From an uncultured Defluviitaleaceae bacterium (GTDB taxonomy: Bacteria; Bacillota; Clostridia; Lachnospirales; WRBF01), in contig CAZHPA010000004.1 of assembly GCA_964533945.1 (NCBI GenBank), positions 15,180-79,179 of the forward strand: a stretch of DNA of 64,000 bases. The letters run 5' to 3'. How positions within the stretch are numbered: position 1 is the stretch's first letter; each line of letters begins with the position of its first letter. The translations under genes and the position numbers were made by a program. A model generated the notes under the pieces. It ran no database searches. It worked only from the letters and a program-made list of their open reading frames with translations, and was not told the DNA's origin. Shown one piece after another: positions 39,820 through 48,438 of this stretch.

Positions 39820-41145
39820 TTAGTCAGTTGTTGACTTTTCCATAAAGCTTTTAATTTGACTTGTTAAATCAGCAACATTTGTAGGTCTGTAAGTTGGGCT
39901 ATAGCCTGTAGTCATAGGCGAACCTTTTTCAATAAAAAATACTGTTGGAAAGCGATTGTTTCCGTATATGTTACCCCACCAAAGCGAATCGTTACGCAAA
40001 GTTCTTGTTTCGTTGCTTGTGCTTGAAACGTAATATGATGAAGCAGCATCTATTGTATAAACATTGTAGCCCGAATCGTATGATGCTCGGTTTATAACGT
40101 TATTCATAGTATAAGATGAATCGGTGTCTTGGCTATCGTAATATACTAATATAAATTTATCACCATTAGTTAGCTTTGAATCTACGCCTGATTTGCTAAT
40201 TGGAATTAAATACCTTGAATAATCTGTTGATGAGCTGCCATAATATCTTGTGCTATACATATACCTGTCAAATTCAATGCGAAGTTGCTGTTCAATCGTT
40301 GGCTCTTTGTTAACTTTTATGTCGTCTTGGGAAACAACATAAAACACATAAGGATATGGCAAAACATTACTTGTTCCAACATATGTTCCAATAAATTTAG
40401 GGCTTATTTCGGTACCTGTTTCATATTCAAGGTCTACACCATAAACTCTAACCCTTAAATCTTGGGCAATGTCTATAATAGTTGGCACATATTCCATTGA
40501 TGTTGACATTGTACTATCGTAATATACTAAAATAAAAGATTCTTTGTTGTTATACATAGATTGCGCTCTTGCGCCTGAAATTATTTTAAAATATGTTGTA
40601 TCTGCAATAACCGTTTCGGTTTGAGAAGAGCTTGTTGTAGATTGAGGCGGAGTTTGAGGAATTGACGGCTTAGGCGGCGCTTCTGGTTTAATAGGCGAAG
40701 TTATATATACCGTTTTTGTTGTTTGAACCCACACCACATTTGCCCCAATTCCTTCAGAAACTGCACGCAAAGGAACCAAAACTCTGCCTTCAACGTTAAT
40801 AGGCACAGAATCAAGCGTTCTTTCATTAGCCGTTTCATAAACATATGAAGTTCCGTTGCTTGTCATTGTTCCATATGTCATTATGTTTTTGCCTACATAA
40901 ATTACAACATATTTTCCGTTAAGTGTCATTGTAACTTTCTTTTGAGAATCGTCCCAGCTTGTTCTTGCCCCAATAGCGCTCCCAATTGCACTAAACGGAA
41001 CCAAAACTCTATCATTTATAACCTGAGGCTCAACATCCGATGAAAGAAAATTACCGTCTACGTAAACTGTCGCCGCTTTAACGACTAAAGGCGACATAAT
41101 AAAAGCAATACACATAAACATTATGCAGTAAATAGCTTTTTTCAA
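39820..41145 (-). CDS. Secreted protein with a copper-amine-oxidase N-terminal-like (stalk) domain, a Pro/Ser/Thr linker and two repeated thioredoxin-fold-like modules lacking CxxC
   Basis: Signal peptide. The VLVPFSAIGSAIGA...W and VLVPLRAVSEGIGANVVW halves are typical of the Cu_amine_oxidN1 domain. There is an internal repeat (FILVYYDSTMSTS / FILVYYDSQDTDS). TTG start is 7 nt after GGAGGTG. Confidence 0.6.
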   Translation of the reverse strand: MKKAIYCIMFMCIAFIMSPLVVKAATVYVDGNFLSSDVEPQVINDRVLVPFSAIGSAIGARTSWDDSQKKVTMTLNGKYVVIYVGKNIMTYGTMTSNGTSYVYETANERTLDSVPINVEGRVLVPLRAVSEGIGANVVWVQTTKTVYITSPIKPEAPPKPSIPQTPPQSTTSSSQTETVIADTTYFKIISGARAQSMYNNKESFILVYYDSTMSTSMEYVPTIIDIAQDLRVRVYGVDLEYETGTEISPKFIGTYVGTSNVLPYPYVFYVVSQDDIKVNKEPTIEQQLRIEFDRYMYSTRYYGSSSTDYSRYLIPISKSGVDSKLTNGDKFILVYYDSQDTDSSYTMNNVINRASYDSGYNVYTIDAASSYYVSSTSNETRTLRNDSLWWGNIYGNNRFPTVFFIEKGSPMTTGYSPTYRPTNVADLTSQIKSFMEKSTTD

Positions 41146-41281
41146 TACTAAACACCTCCAAACTAACTTATTCCCAATATAGGTTTTTATTATACAACAT
41201 TTATTTTATTAATTCAATTGATTTAAAAATTTAATTATGTTATTATAGTATTAATTATAATGAAAAATAGGTGGTGTTTAA

Positions 41282-42277
41282 TTGAACGACAAAAAAATAA
41301 TTTTCAGCGGAATGCAGCCTTCCGGCTTGCCCTCTTTAGGCAACTATTTAGGGGCTATTAAAAATTGGGTTACGCTGCAAGAACAGTATAACTGCCTATA
41401 TTGTATAGTGGATATGCACGCTATAACGGTTAGACAAGATGCAACCTTGCTTAGAAAAAAAGCTCGTGATTTGCTTACTTTATATATTGCTGCGCAACTT
41501 GACCCAAACAAAAACATAATATATTATCAATCCCATGTTTTTGGACACGCCGAGCTTGCGTGGATTTTAAATTGCTATACTTATATGGGTGAACTTAACA
41601 GAATGACCCAATTTAAAGAAAAATCACAAAAACACGAGGGTAATATAAACGCCGGGCTTTTTACGTACCCCGTTTTAATGGCAGCAGATATTTTATTATT
41701 TAATACAGACCTTGTGCCAGTTGGCGAAGACCAAAGGCAACATTTAGAACTTTGCAGAGATATTGCACAAAGATTTAACGGCATTTACGGAGATGTTTTT
41801 AAAATACCAGAACCTTTCATTAACAAAACTGGAGCAAAAATTATGAGCTTGCAAGAGCCTAATAAGAAAATGTCTAAATCTGAAAGTGAAAATGATAATA
41901 ATGTAATATTTTTGCTAGACGAGCCTAATGTAATTAGAAATAAATTAAAACGTGCAGTTACAGATTCGGGGAGCGAAGTTGTGTATTCGCCTGAAAAGCC
42001 GGGAATTAAAAATCTTTTAGATATATATTGTACTATAACAGGGAAGACAATTAATGAAGCAGAAAAACAATTTTGCGGCGTCCAGTATGGCGAATTTAAG
42101 CTTGCTGTTGCAGATTCGGTTATTTCAGAGCTTTTACCAATTCAAAATAGGTTTAAAGAACTTTCTAAAGACAAAGACTATATTGATAAAATAATTAAAC
42201 AAAATGCCGAAATCGCAAATAGCTTAGCTATAAAAACGCTTAGAAAAGTTAAAAGGAAAGTTGGTTTTTGGGCTTAG
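41282..42277 (+). CDS. trpS: Tryptophan--tRNA ligase
   Basis: Class I aaRS motifs (GMQPSGLPSLGNYLG HIGH-like region, KMSKS present as KKMSKS). TTG start follows AGGTGG. Confidence 0.95.
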   Translation: MNDKKIIFSGMQPSGLPSLGNYLGAIKNWVTLQEQYNCLYCIVDMHAITVRQDATLLRKKARDLLTLYIAAQLDPNKNIIYYQSHVFGHAELAWILNCYTYMGELNRMTQFKEKSQKHEGNINAGLFTYPVLMAADILLFNTDLVPVGEDQRQHLELCRDIAQRFNGIYGDVFKIPEPFINKTGAKIMSLQEPNKKMSKSESENDNNVIFLLDEPNVIRNKLKRAVTDSGSEVVYSPEKPGIKNLLDIYCTITGKTINEAEKQFCGVQYGEFKLAVADSVISELLPIQNRFKELSKDKDYIDKIIKQNAEIANSLAIKTLRKVKRKVGFWA

Positions 42278-42309
42278 TAGCTTGAATTAAATGTAGGAGG
42301 TGTGTTATC

Positions 42310-42726
42310 GTGGAAGTTAAAAATTGCCCAAAATGTGGGAAATTATTTACCTATACCCCAGGGAACAGAGTTTGCGCTCAATGCATTAAAGAAGAAGAAG
42401 AACTTTTTGAAGAAATAAGAATTTTTATTAAAGAACATCCAAATTGTACAATGGCAGAAGTTTCTGAACAAACAGGAGTTAGTGCTAAAAAATTAATACG
42501 ATATATTAGAGAAGGTCGTATTGAAATATCAAAAGGAATGTCTGAAGACGTAACTTGCGATTCTTGCGGCGAACCAATTACAACAGGAAGATTTTGCGAA
42601 GCATGTGCTTTTAAATTAACTAGCAGCGCACAAGAAGTAATTAAAGGACGACGAGTTAAAGAAGCTGTTGCGGAAAAAAGAGTGTCGGATAAAATGCACT
42701 TTTTATCTAAAAAAAAGTTGAAATAA
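42310..42726 (+). CDS. YvyF-like zinc-ribbon protein (flagellar-region protein family, TIGR03826-like)
   Basis: N-terminus NCPKCGKLF...VCAQCIKEEEELFEEIRIFIKEH and a C-terminal CDSCGEPI...FCEACA. From memory this resembles B. subtilis YvyF. GTG start follows GGAGGTG. Confidence 0.55.
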   Translation: MEVKNCPKCGKLFTYTPGNRVCAQCIKEEEELFEEIRIFIKEHPNCTMAEVSEQTGVSAKKLIRYIREGRIEISKGMSEDVTCDSCGEPITTGRFCEACAFKLTSSAQEVIKGRRVKEAVAEKRVSDKMHFLSKKKLK

Positions 42727-42738
42727 ACCTTTTAGGAG

Positions 42739-43221
42739 GTGTTTTTGGTGTATAGTTTACTTGGCCTTTTGTTAATTTTAGGTGTTATTATGCTTTTAAT
42801 AGAGGCATTTACCCCTAATTTTGGAATATGCGGCACTTTAGGTATTATTTTCTTATCAATATTTATTGGAGTCGTTGTTGGCATTAGATACGGTTTGTTA
42901 GTTGCTGCACTTGCATTTGTTGGTTTAGTAATTATAGCTAAATTATTTTATAACTACATTAAAAGACACCAGCTATACGGAAAGATTATATTAGATGAAA
43001 CACTTGCTTGCGAAAGAAGCGAACTTGGAAATTTAGAAGGTCTTTTGGGCAAAGAAGGTATGACAAAAACTCCGCTTAAACCGCTAGGTGTTGCAGATTT
43101 TAACGGAAATGCATTTGAAGTTTGTTCGGACGGAGAATATATTTTGGCAAATAAAAAGATTAAAGTAATTAATGTTACAAAAAACAAAATTATCGTTAGA
43201 AAATGTATTGAGCAGGCGTAG
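42739..43221 (+). CDS. NfeD-family membrane protein (partner of flotillin FloA)
   Basis: Three N-terminal TM segments plus a C-terminal OB-like soluble domain, directly upstream of floA. GTG at 42748 has better SD spacing. Confidence 0.75.
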   Translation: MFLVYSLLGLLLILGVIMLLIEAFTPNFGICGTLGIIFLSIFIGVVVGIRYGLLVAALAFVGLVIIAKLFYNYIKRHQLYGKIILDETLACERSELGNLEGLLGKEGMTKTPLKPLGVADFNGNAFEVCSDGEYILANKKIKVINVTKNKIIVRKCIEQA

Positions 43222-43246
43222 TTCTTTTTTAAAGGGGGTATTGCTT

Positions 43247-44248
43247 ATGTATCGTTATGAATTTGCAATTTGGAGTTTTATTATACTTGTAGCAGGAATA
43301 ATTTTTATTTCAATATTCTTAAGCTTTGTTCCGATTGGGCTTTGGATTTCCGCAATGGCAGCAGGTGTTAAAGTTAGCTTTTTTTCACTTGTTGGTATGA
43401 GGTTAAGGCGTGTACGTCCTGATAGAATAATACGCCCTTTAATTAAAGTTTCAAAAGCAGGGCTTAACATTTCTGTAAATCAGCTTGAATCTCATTTTTT
43501 ATCGGGCGGGCATGTTGATAACGTAGTTGATGCTTTAATTGCAGCACATAGAGCAAATCTTGAACTTTCATTTGAACGTGCTGCAGCAATAGATTTAGCA
43601 GGACGAGATGTTTTTGAAGCTGTTAGAATGAGTGTTTCTCCAAAAATAATTGAAACACCTTGGATTTCAGCCGTTGCAATAGATGGCATTGAAGTTAAAG
43701 TTATTGCCCGTGTAACAGTTAGGGCAAATCTTGCAAGGCTTGTTGGAGGAGCAGGGGAAGAAACAATAATTGCCAGAGTTGGAGAGGGCATTGTAACTAC
43801 AGTTGGCTCATCTCAAAGTCATAAAGATGTTTTGGAAAACCCCGACAAAATTTCACAAACGGTTTTATCAAAAGGTTTAGATTCGGGAACGGCATTTGAA
43901 ATACTTTCAATAGATATTGCAGATATAGACATTGGAAGAAATATTGGAGCGCATTTGCAAATAGAGCAAGCCGAAGCCGATAAACAAATTGCACAAGCAA
44001 AAGCTGAAGAACGCCGCGCAAGCGCAATAGCCCACGAACAAGAAATGAAAGCGCATGTTCAAGAAATGAGGGCAAAAGTTGTTGAAGCCGAAGCGCAAGT
44101 TCCAACAGCACTAGCTGAAGCTTTAAGAAGCGGAAACCTTGGGGTTTTAGATATATATAAAATGGATAATATAAAAGCAGATACAAAAATGCGTGAAAGC
44201 ATAGGCGGTTTAAATGTTGATGTTAGTTTGAGCAATAACAAAAAATAA
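43247..44248 (+). CDS. floA: Flotillin-like protein FloA (YqfA/UPF0365)
   Basis: N-terminal membrane hairpin, an SPFH-like core, and the Ala/Glu-rich [20 protein letters not shown] repeat. ATG at 43247 follows AAAGGGGG. Confidence 0.9.
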   Translation: MYRYEFAIWSFIILVAGIIFISIFLSFVPIGLWISAMAAGVKVSFFSLVGMRLRRVRPDRIIRPLIKVSKAGLNISVNQLESHFLSGGHVDNVVDALIAAHRANLELSFERAAAIDLAGRDVFEAVRMSVSPKIIETPWISAVAIDGIEVKVIARVTVRANLARLVGGAGEETIIARVGEGIVTTVGSSQSHKDVLENPDKISQTVLSKGLDSGTAFEILSIDIADIDIGRNIGAHLQIEQAEADKQIAQAKAEERRASAIAHEQEMKAHVQEMRAKVVEAEAQVPTALAEALRSGNLGVLDIYKMDNIKADTKMRESIGGLNVDVSLSNNKK

Positions 44249-44358
44249 GTTTTTTCTTTTGGAAGTTATGTATAAAAATAGCATTTTAATTCCATACTAA
44301 CTATCGTAGAGTACTTCTCTATTATGCAGTTTAAGTAGCGGAAGGGAGGTTGAGTAGT

Positions 44359-44460
44359 ATGGATAGCAAAAGCAAAAGCAACAACGATAGCTCAAAAAGA
44401 ACAGATAAATCAGATTATTCTGATGACATTAGCTCCGATTCGAGTATAAAAAATAGCTAA
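44359..44460 (+). CDS. Small hydrophilic Ser/Asp/Lys-rich peptide (33 aa), absent from the ORF track
   Basis: Strong SD GGAAGGGAGG upstream of the ATG, and a strong terminator 30 nt downstream. The product is MDSKSKSNNDSSKRTDKSDYSDDISSDSSIKNS. Confidence 0.35.
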   Translation: MDSKSKSNNDSSKRTDKSDYSDDISSDSSIKNS

Positions 44461-44492
44461 TTTCTTTCAATTAGAAAAATTAAAAGTTTTGA

Positions 44493-44520
44493 AAACAGGC
44501 GGGACGTTTGCCTGTTTTTT
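44493..44520 (+). terminator. Intrinsic terminator
   Basis: AAACAGGC-9 nt loop-GCCTGTTT followed by a T-run. Confidence 0.7.
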
Positions 44521-44613
44521 AACGTCCCAAAATTAAAGCTCTGTTTAGTATAAACTTTTTATAGCATAAATACGTTCTGATGTTAATTGGTCTAAATAGA
44601 GCATTCTGAAATG

Positions 44614-45261
44614 CTACTTTTTATAATATGAATACAAAAACTTCCCATCTCCTATCAATTGTTTTGATAATTGTTTTGGATAGTTAGTGGTTTCAGAAGA
44701 TTTTAATTCCGGATGGCTAGGTTTTTTGGCAGCTTTTAAATAGACATCTACAATTCCGTGTTGAATTTCATATGTACCCGAAAAACATTGACCTTGGATA
44801 ATAACCGATCGTTGTAATTGTACATAGTATTTAGTTATTGATATAGGAGAAATCCCTTCGTCAACAGAATAATATGTTGCTATTGAAGAACCATTTTCGT
44901 TTGCCACTCTTAAAGGCGCTTTATTATCATATACGTATAATCCCACAGCTAACCCTTCTTCATCTTCTACTAATGTTTTTAATACTGCCGATTTCTTTTC
45001 TTTAATCTTAGCTAAAAATTTATTTATTATCTTACTTTGTCCGTCTAAAGGACTTCTAACATCCACATCAACAAGCTTTTTCTTAATTAATTCTTCTGCT
45101 CCGTATTGTTTTGGTATAGCAATTAGTTTGTTAACTTCTCTAGCTTCTAAATCTATTGCATAACAGCTGCGTATTACAGTTAATGCCCATAAAATCAAGC
45201 ATAAAGATATTATAGCGCCAGCTCTTTCTGTAGTTTTATTATTAATTAATGGTTTTTTCAT
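44614..45261 (-). CDS. Hypothetical N-terminally membrane-anchored protein, paralog 1
   Basis: MKKPLINN... with a TM segment. By eye it is about 60-65 percent identical to the adjacent gene product. Confidence 0.6.
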   Translation of the reverse strand: MKKPLINNKTTERAGAIISLCLILWALTVIRSCYAIDLEAREVNKLIAIPKQYGAEELIKKKLVDVDVRSPLDGQSKIINKFLAKIKEKKSAVLKTLVEDEEGLAVGLYVYDNKAPLRVANENGSSIATYYSVDEGISPISITKYYVQLQRSVIIQGQCFSGTYEIQHGIVDVYLKAAKKPSHPELKSSETTNYPKQLSKQLIGDGKFLYSYYKK

Positions 45262-45314
45262 TTATAACCACGCCTTTGCATAAAAACACATAGACAACAG
45301 CAAGTTTTGCCGCA

Positions 45315-45929
45315 TTAATTTTTATAGTATGAATACAAAAACTGGTCTTCTTCCTCTAATTGGTCTGGAAAGTCAGGGACTTTAGCAACTTTTAAATAAA
45401 CATTTACAGCATCCCCGTTTTCCACTTCATGCGTACCCGAAAAGGATTGACCACTTTTAGAAACCGAACACTGCAATTGAGGATAATATTTAGTTATTGA
45501 TATTGGAGAAATTTCCTTATCAAATTCATGATACCATGCTACAGATGAACCGCCTTTACCTACTACTTTCAATGATGCTTTATTATCATATACATATAAT
45601 ACTACGGCCAATCCTCCTTCATCTTCTATTAATGTTTTTAATACTGCCGATTTCTTTTCTTTAGTCTTGACTAGAAATTCATTTATTATATCACTTTGCC
45701 CGTCTAAAGTATTTCTAACATCTACATCAACAATTTTTTTCTTAATTAATTCATCTGCCCCATATTGTTTCGGTGTAGCAATTAGTTTGCTAATTTCCAT
45801 AGCTTCAAAACCTATTAAGTCTATTTTATAGCTGTTGTATATTACAATTATTGCCAATGAAATTAAACATAAAGATATTATAACGCCAATTCTTTCTATA
45901 CTAAAATTGCTAATTAAAGGTTTTTTCAT
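45315..45929 (-). CDS. Hypothetical N-terminally membrane-anchored protein, paralog 2
   Basis: I chose the start at MKKPLISN (45929), by homology with paralog 1 and a shared leader sequence. The ORF-track extension to 45980 reads through that conserved leader. Confidence 0.6.
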   Translation of the reverse strand: MKKPLISNFSIERIGVIISLCLISLAIIVIYNSYKIDLIGFEAMEISKLIATPKQYGADELIKKKIVDVDVRNTLDGQSDIINEFLVKTKEKKSAVLKTLIEDEGGLAVVLYVYDNKASLKVVGKGGSSVAWYHEFDKEISPISITKYYPQLQCSVSKSGQSFSGTHEVENGDAVNVYLKVAKVPDFPDQLEEEDQFLYSYYKN

Positions 45930-45984
45930 TGATAACCACGCCTTTGCATAAAAACAAATAGCCAACAGCAAATATAACAATAAA

Positions 45985-46668
45985 TTATTTAAGTAAATCT
46001 GGGCGTTTAGCTTTGGTTAAAGCTAAAGACTGTTCATGCCTCCACTTTTCAATGTTTGCATGATGCCCCGAAATTAAAACATCGGGAACTTTTTTGCCCA
46101 AAAATTCATATGGTCTTGTATATTGGGGATATTCAAGCAAGTTGTTAGAAAAGCTTTCTATTTCAGAAGAAGCATCTTTGCCCAAAACACCTGAAACAAG
46201 CCTTGAAACAGCATCTATAACTACCATTGCCGCAAGTTCTCCGCCTGTTAATATGTAGTCGCCAATAGATATTTCGTCTGTAACAATTTCGTCAACAACT
46301 CTTTGGTCTATGCCTTCATAGTGTCCGCATAAAATAATTAATTCTTTTTGCAATGATAGTTCTTTTGCTTTTTGCTGATTAAATGTTTTTCCGTGAGGGC
46401 TCATATATATAACAGGGACATTTTCGCATGAAACAATGCTTTTTAAATGCAAATATGTGTCATAAACAGGTTGCGGCATAATAACCATACCAACACCGCC
46501 CCCATATGAATAATCATCAACGTGTTTGTGCTTGCTTTTTGAAAAGTCCCTAATGTTTATGCAATTTACATTTACTATGCCGTCTTCAATAGCACGCTTA
46601 ATTATGCTATGATTTATGCCACCCGTTATCATTTCGGGAAAAAGCGTCATAACATGAAATGTAATCAT
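45985..46668 (-). CDS. trmD: tRNA (guanine37-N1)-methyltransferase
   Basis: [18 protein letters not shown] and [16 protein letters not shown] motifs. Confidence 0.95.
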   Translation of the reverse strand: MITFHVMTLFPEMITGGINHSIIKRAIEDGIVNVNCINIRDFSKSKHKHVDDYSYGGGVGMVIMPQPVYDTYLHLKSIVSCENVPVIYMSPHGKTFNQQKAKELSLQKELIILCGHYEGIDQRVVDEIVTDEISIGDYILTGGELAAMVVIDAVSRLVSGVLGKDASSEIESFSNNLLEYPQYTRPYEFLGKKVPDVLISGHHANIEKWRHEQSLALTKAKRPDLLK

Positions 46669-47183
46669 AAAAGCCCCTCCGGCAACTTAACTTTTATAGT
46701 TCCGTTTGCAACATCAACATTTAAAATACATTGCTTAATTGCCGGAATTAAAATTTCCTTTTTGCTGTTATTATCAATATCATCGGAAACTACATAAACA
46801 TCATTTGCCCCTGTAAATAAAACATCTTTTACTTTGCCAATACTTTTGCCATCTTCTTCTAAAACATTAAGCCCAATTAAGTCGCTTAAATAGTATTCAT
46901 CTTCTTCAAGCGGCAATGCTTTATCTTTTGGTATTTTAATTACGCCGCCTTTTAGCTTTTCGGCTTCTGTCATATTATCTATGCCTTTAAATTGCAAAAT
47001 AACAAACTTTTTATGATACCAAACCTTTTTAATTTGAAGTGTTTTATAATTATCGCCAAAAAAAACATATACATCATCCGAAATTAAAAGTTCAAACCGT
47101 TTTATGTCGTCTGTTGTGGGCATAATGCGAACATCGCCGTGTATGCCTTGTGTATTTACTATTGTTCCTATTGAAAAGTACAA
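46665..47183 (-). CDS. rimM: 16S rRNA processing protein RimM
   Basis: The N-terminus [15 protein letters not shown] and a PRC-barrel C-terminus. It overlaps the trmD start by 4 nt. Confidence 0.9.
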   Translation of the reverse strand: MYFSIGTIVNTQGIHGDVRIMPTTDDIKRFELLISDDVYVFFGDNYKTLQIKKVWYHKKFVILQFKGIDNMTEAEKLKGGVIKIPKDKALPLEEDEYYLSDLIGLNVLEEDGKSIGKVKDVLFTGANDVYVVSDDIDNNSKKEILIPAIKQCILNVDVANGTIKVKLPEGLL

Positions 47184-47201
47184 ATTATCACCTTTTGTTT
47201 T

Positions 47202-48311
47202 TTAATTATTATTAAAAGTTTTTGAAACCGCTTCTATTAATTCATTAGTAAAATCATCATCTAAAGGGTAGCCTAAATCGTAATTGCTTGATACTGAAAG
47301 AAAGTCTTTGAAAGAACCGCTTTCAAAATTATATTCTAAATTAAGCTGTGAGAAATTAAAGCCCATACTTTCCAGTTCTTTAATTTGCGACTCATTAAAG
47401 CAAAATTTTATTTCTTTTGATTGGTTGTTGTAGTGTAATATTTCTTGATTGTCGATATTTAGTGAAAAGTAGCTATATTTTCTGCATTTTGTTTCTTTAG
47501 GAGTATAATACACCATTCCAACTTCTTTTTCAAGACCTGTTTCTTTGCAAATATCATATAGCTTTTCAATTTCTATATAATCATTATAAGGGTATTCGTT
47601 AGTTAACAAGTTAAAAATAGCTTCCTCACAAGCTGTAACTTTATTTTCTATAATACATTCTATATAGTTAATTTTTTCATGTTCCGTGAATTTGCATTCA
47701 CAATTAATTACAGTTCCATAATCTGAAATGCTTAAAGTGCAATATTTATTTGTAAAAAAGCTAATCGAATAAAACGGATTTGCAATACATTTTTCTGCTA
47801 AATAGTTTAAATATAATTGTAATTCATTGGCGCTTCCTTGAAATATTACTTTTGCATACTTATCATCTTTAAAAGCAATAAAAGCATTTGAAATATTTAA
47901 GCTATTTATATTGATTTGCGAAAGTTTTAGCCAAGCTACAATGGAAGTAATATCTGAATTAACTTTTTGCAAGCATATATTAAAGTATGGGTTGATAATT
48001 GATAATGAATTGTAAATATTTTTAAAATCAATGTGTTTTAATGAAATTCTTGGGAAATTAGCATTATATATTAACTTGTTTTTAGAATTATTTATGCCAA
48101 ATTTCAATATAGTTTCGATGTTTTGCCTTTCATTAGAAATTGCTGAATTAAATGTTGGAATGATAATGCTAAATTCTAATTTGTTTAACCTCTCCTTTAA
48201 AAACGAACTAATAATTTGCCTGTTGCTTTGATTTATCTTATCTGTTTTAAAACAATACACACAACCACCCTTTCCTATTACAATTATATAATAAATTTTT
48301 CCATGTTTCAA
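47202..48311 (-). CDS. Hypothetical protein (very AT-rich, Asn/Ile/Lys-rich); start uncertain
   Basis: Long uninterrupted ORF 18 nt upstream of rimM. It has a TTG start with no convincing SD and no internal Met for about 265 codons. No motif recognised. Confidence 0.4.
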   Translation of the reverse strand: MKHGKIYYIIVIGKGGCVYCFKTDKINQSNRQIISSFLKERLNKLEFSIIIPTFNSAISNERQNIETILKFGINNSKNKLIYNANFPRISLKHIDFKNIYNSLSIINPYFNICLQKVNSDITSIVAWLKLSQININSLNISNAFIAFKDDKYAKVIFQGSANELQLYLNYLAEKCIANPFYSISFFTNKYCTLSISDYGTVINCECKFTEHEKINYIECIIENKVTACEEAIFNLLTNEYPYNDYIEIEKLYDICKETGLEKEVGMVYYTPKETKCRKYSYFSLNIDNQEILHYNNQSKEIKFCFNESQIKELESMGFNFSQLNLEYNFESGSFKDFLSVSSNYDLGYPLDDDFTNELIEAVSKTFNNN

Positions 48312-48381
48312 ATAAAATTTATGCTATAAATTGGCTAATTTTCACAAATTGAATATTTGGGCTATAAATTACCCATTTATA

Positions 48382-48390
48382 TGCTATAAT
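48382..48390 (+). promoter_or_regulatory. Putative extended -10 element for ppdK
   Basis: TGCTATAAT (TGnTATAAT) lies about 50 nt upstream of the ATG. The -35 is poor. Confidence 0.35.
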
Positions 48391-48438
48391 GTATTGCGTG
48401 AAAAGGTGTATTTAATATATAGGAGGGTTTAAAAAAAC

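Larger units (their letters stand above)
44614..45975. repeat. Tandem duplication of about 670-700 bp (gene plus about 45 bp of 5' leader)
   Basis: The coding sequences are colinear and similar. Both copies are preceded by the near-identical leader TTGCTGTTG[T/G]CTAT[G/T]TGTTTTTATGCAAAGGCGTGGTTAT[A/C]AATG (minus strand). Confidence 0.75.

Noticed and set aside
41146-41281. Possible T-box leader upstream of trpS
   Set aside because: The intergenic region is only about 135 nt. I see no T-box consensus (AGGGUGGNACCGCG-like), no specifier or terminator-antiterminator architecture, and no terminator hairpin.
44614-48311. Mobile element or prophage remnant explaining the disrupted rimM-trmD neighbourhood
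   Set aside because: I could see no integrase, transposase or recombinase, no terminal inverted repeats and no tRNA attachment site. The evidence supports only tandem duplication and lineage-specific ORFs.
48320-48395. Three GCTATAA(A)T motifs upstream of ppdK as operator sites
   Set aside because: The motifs are short and AT-rich with irregular spacing (37 and 24 nt). One copy is simply the extended -10 element. That is insufficient to call a regulator binding site.
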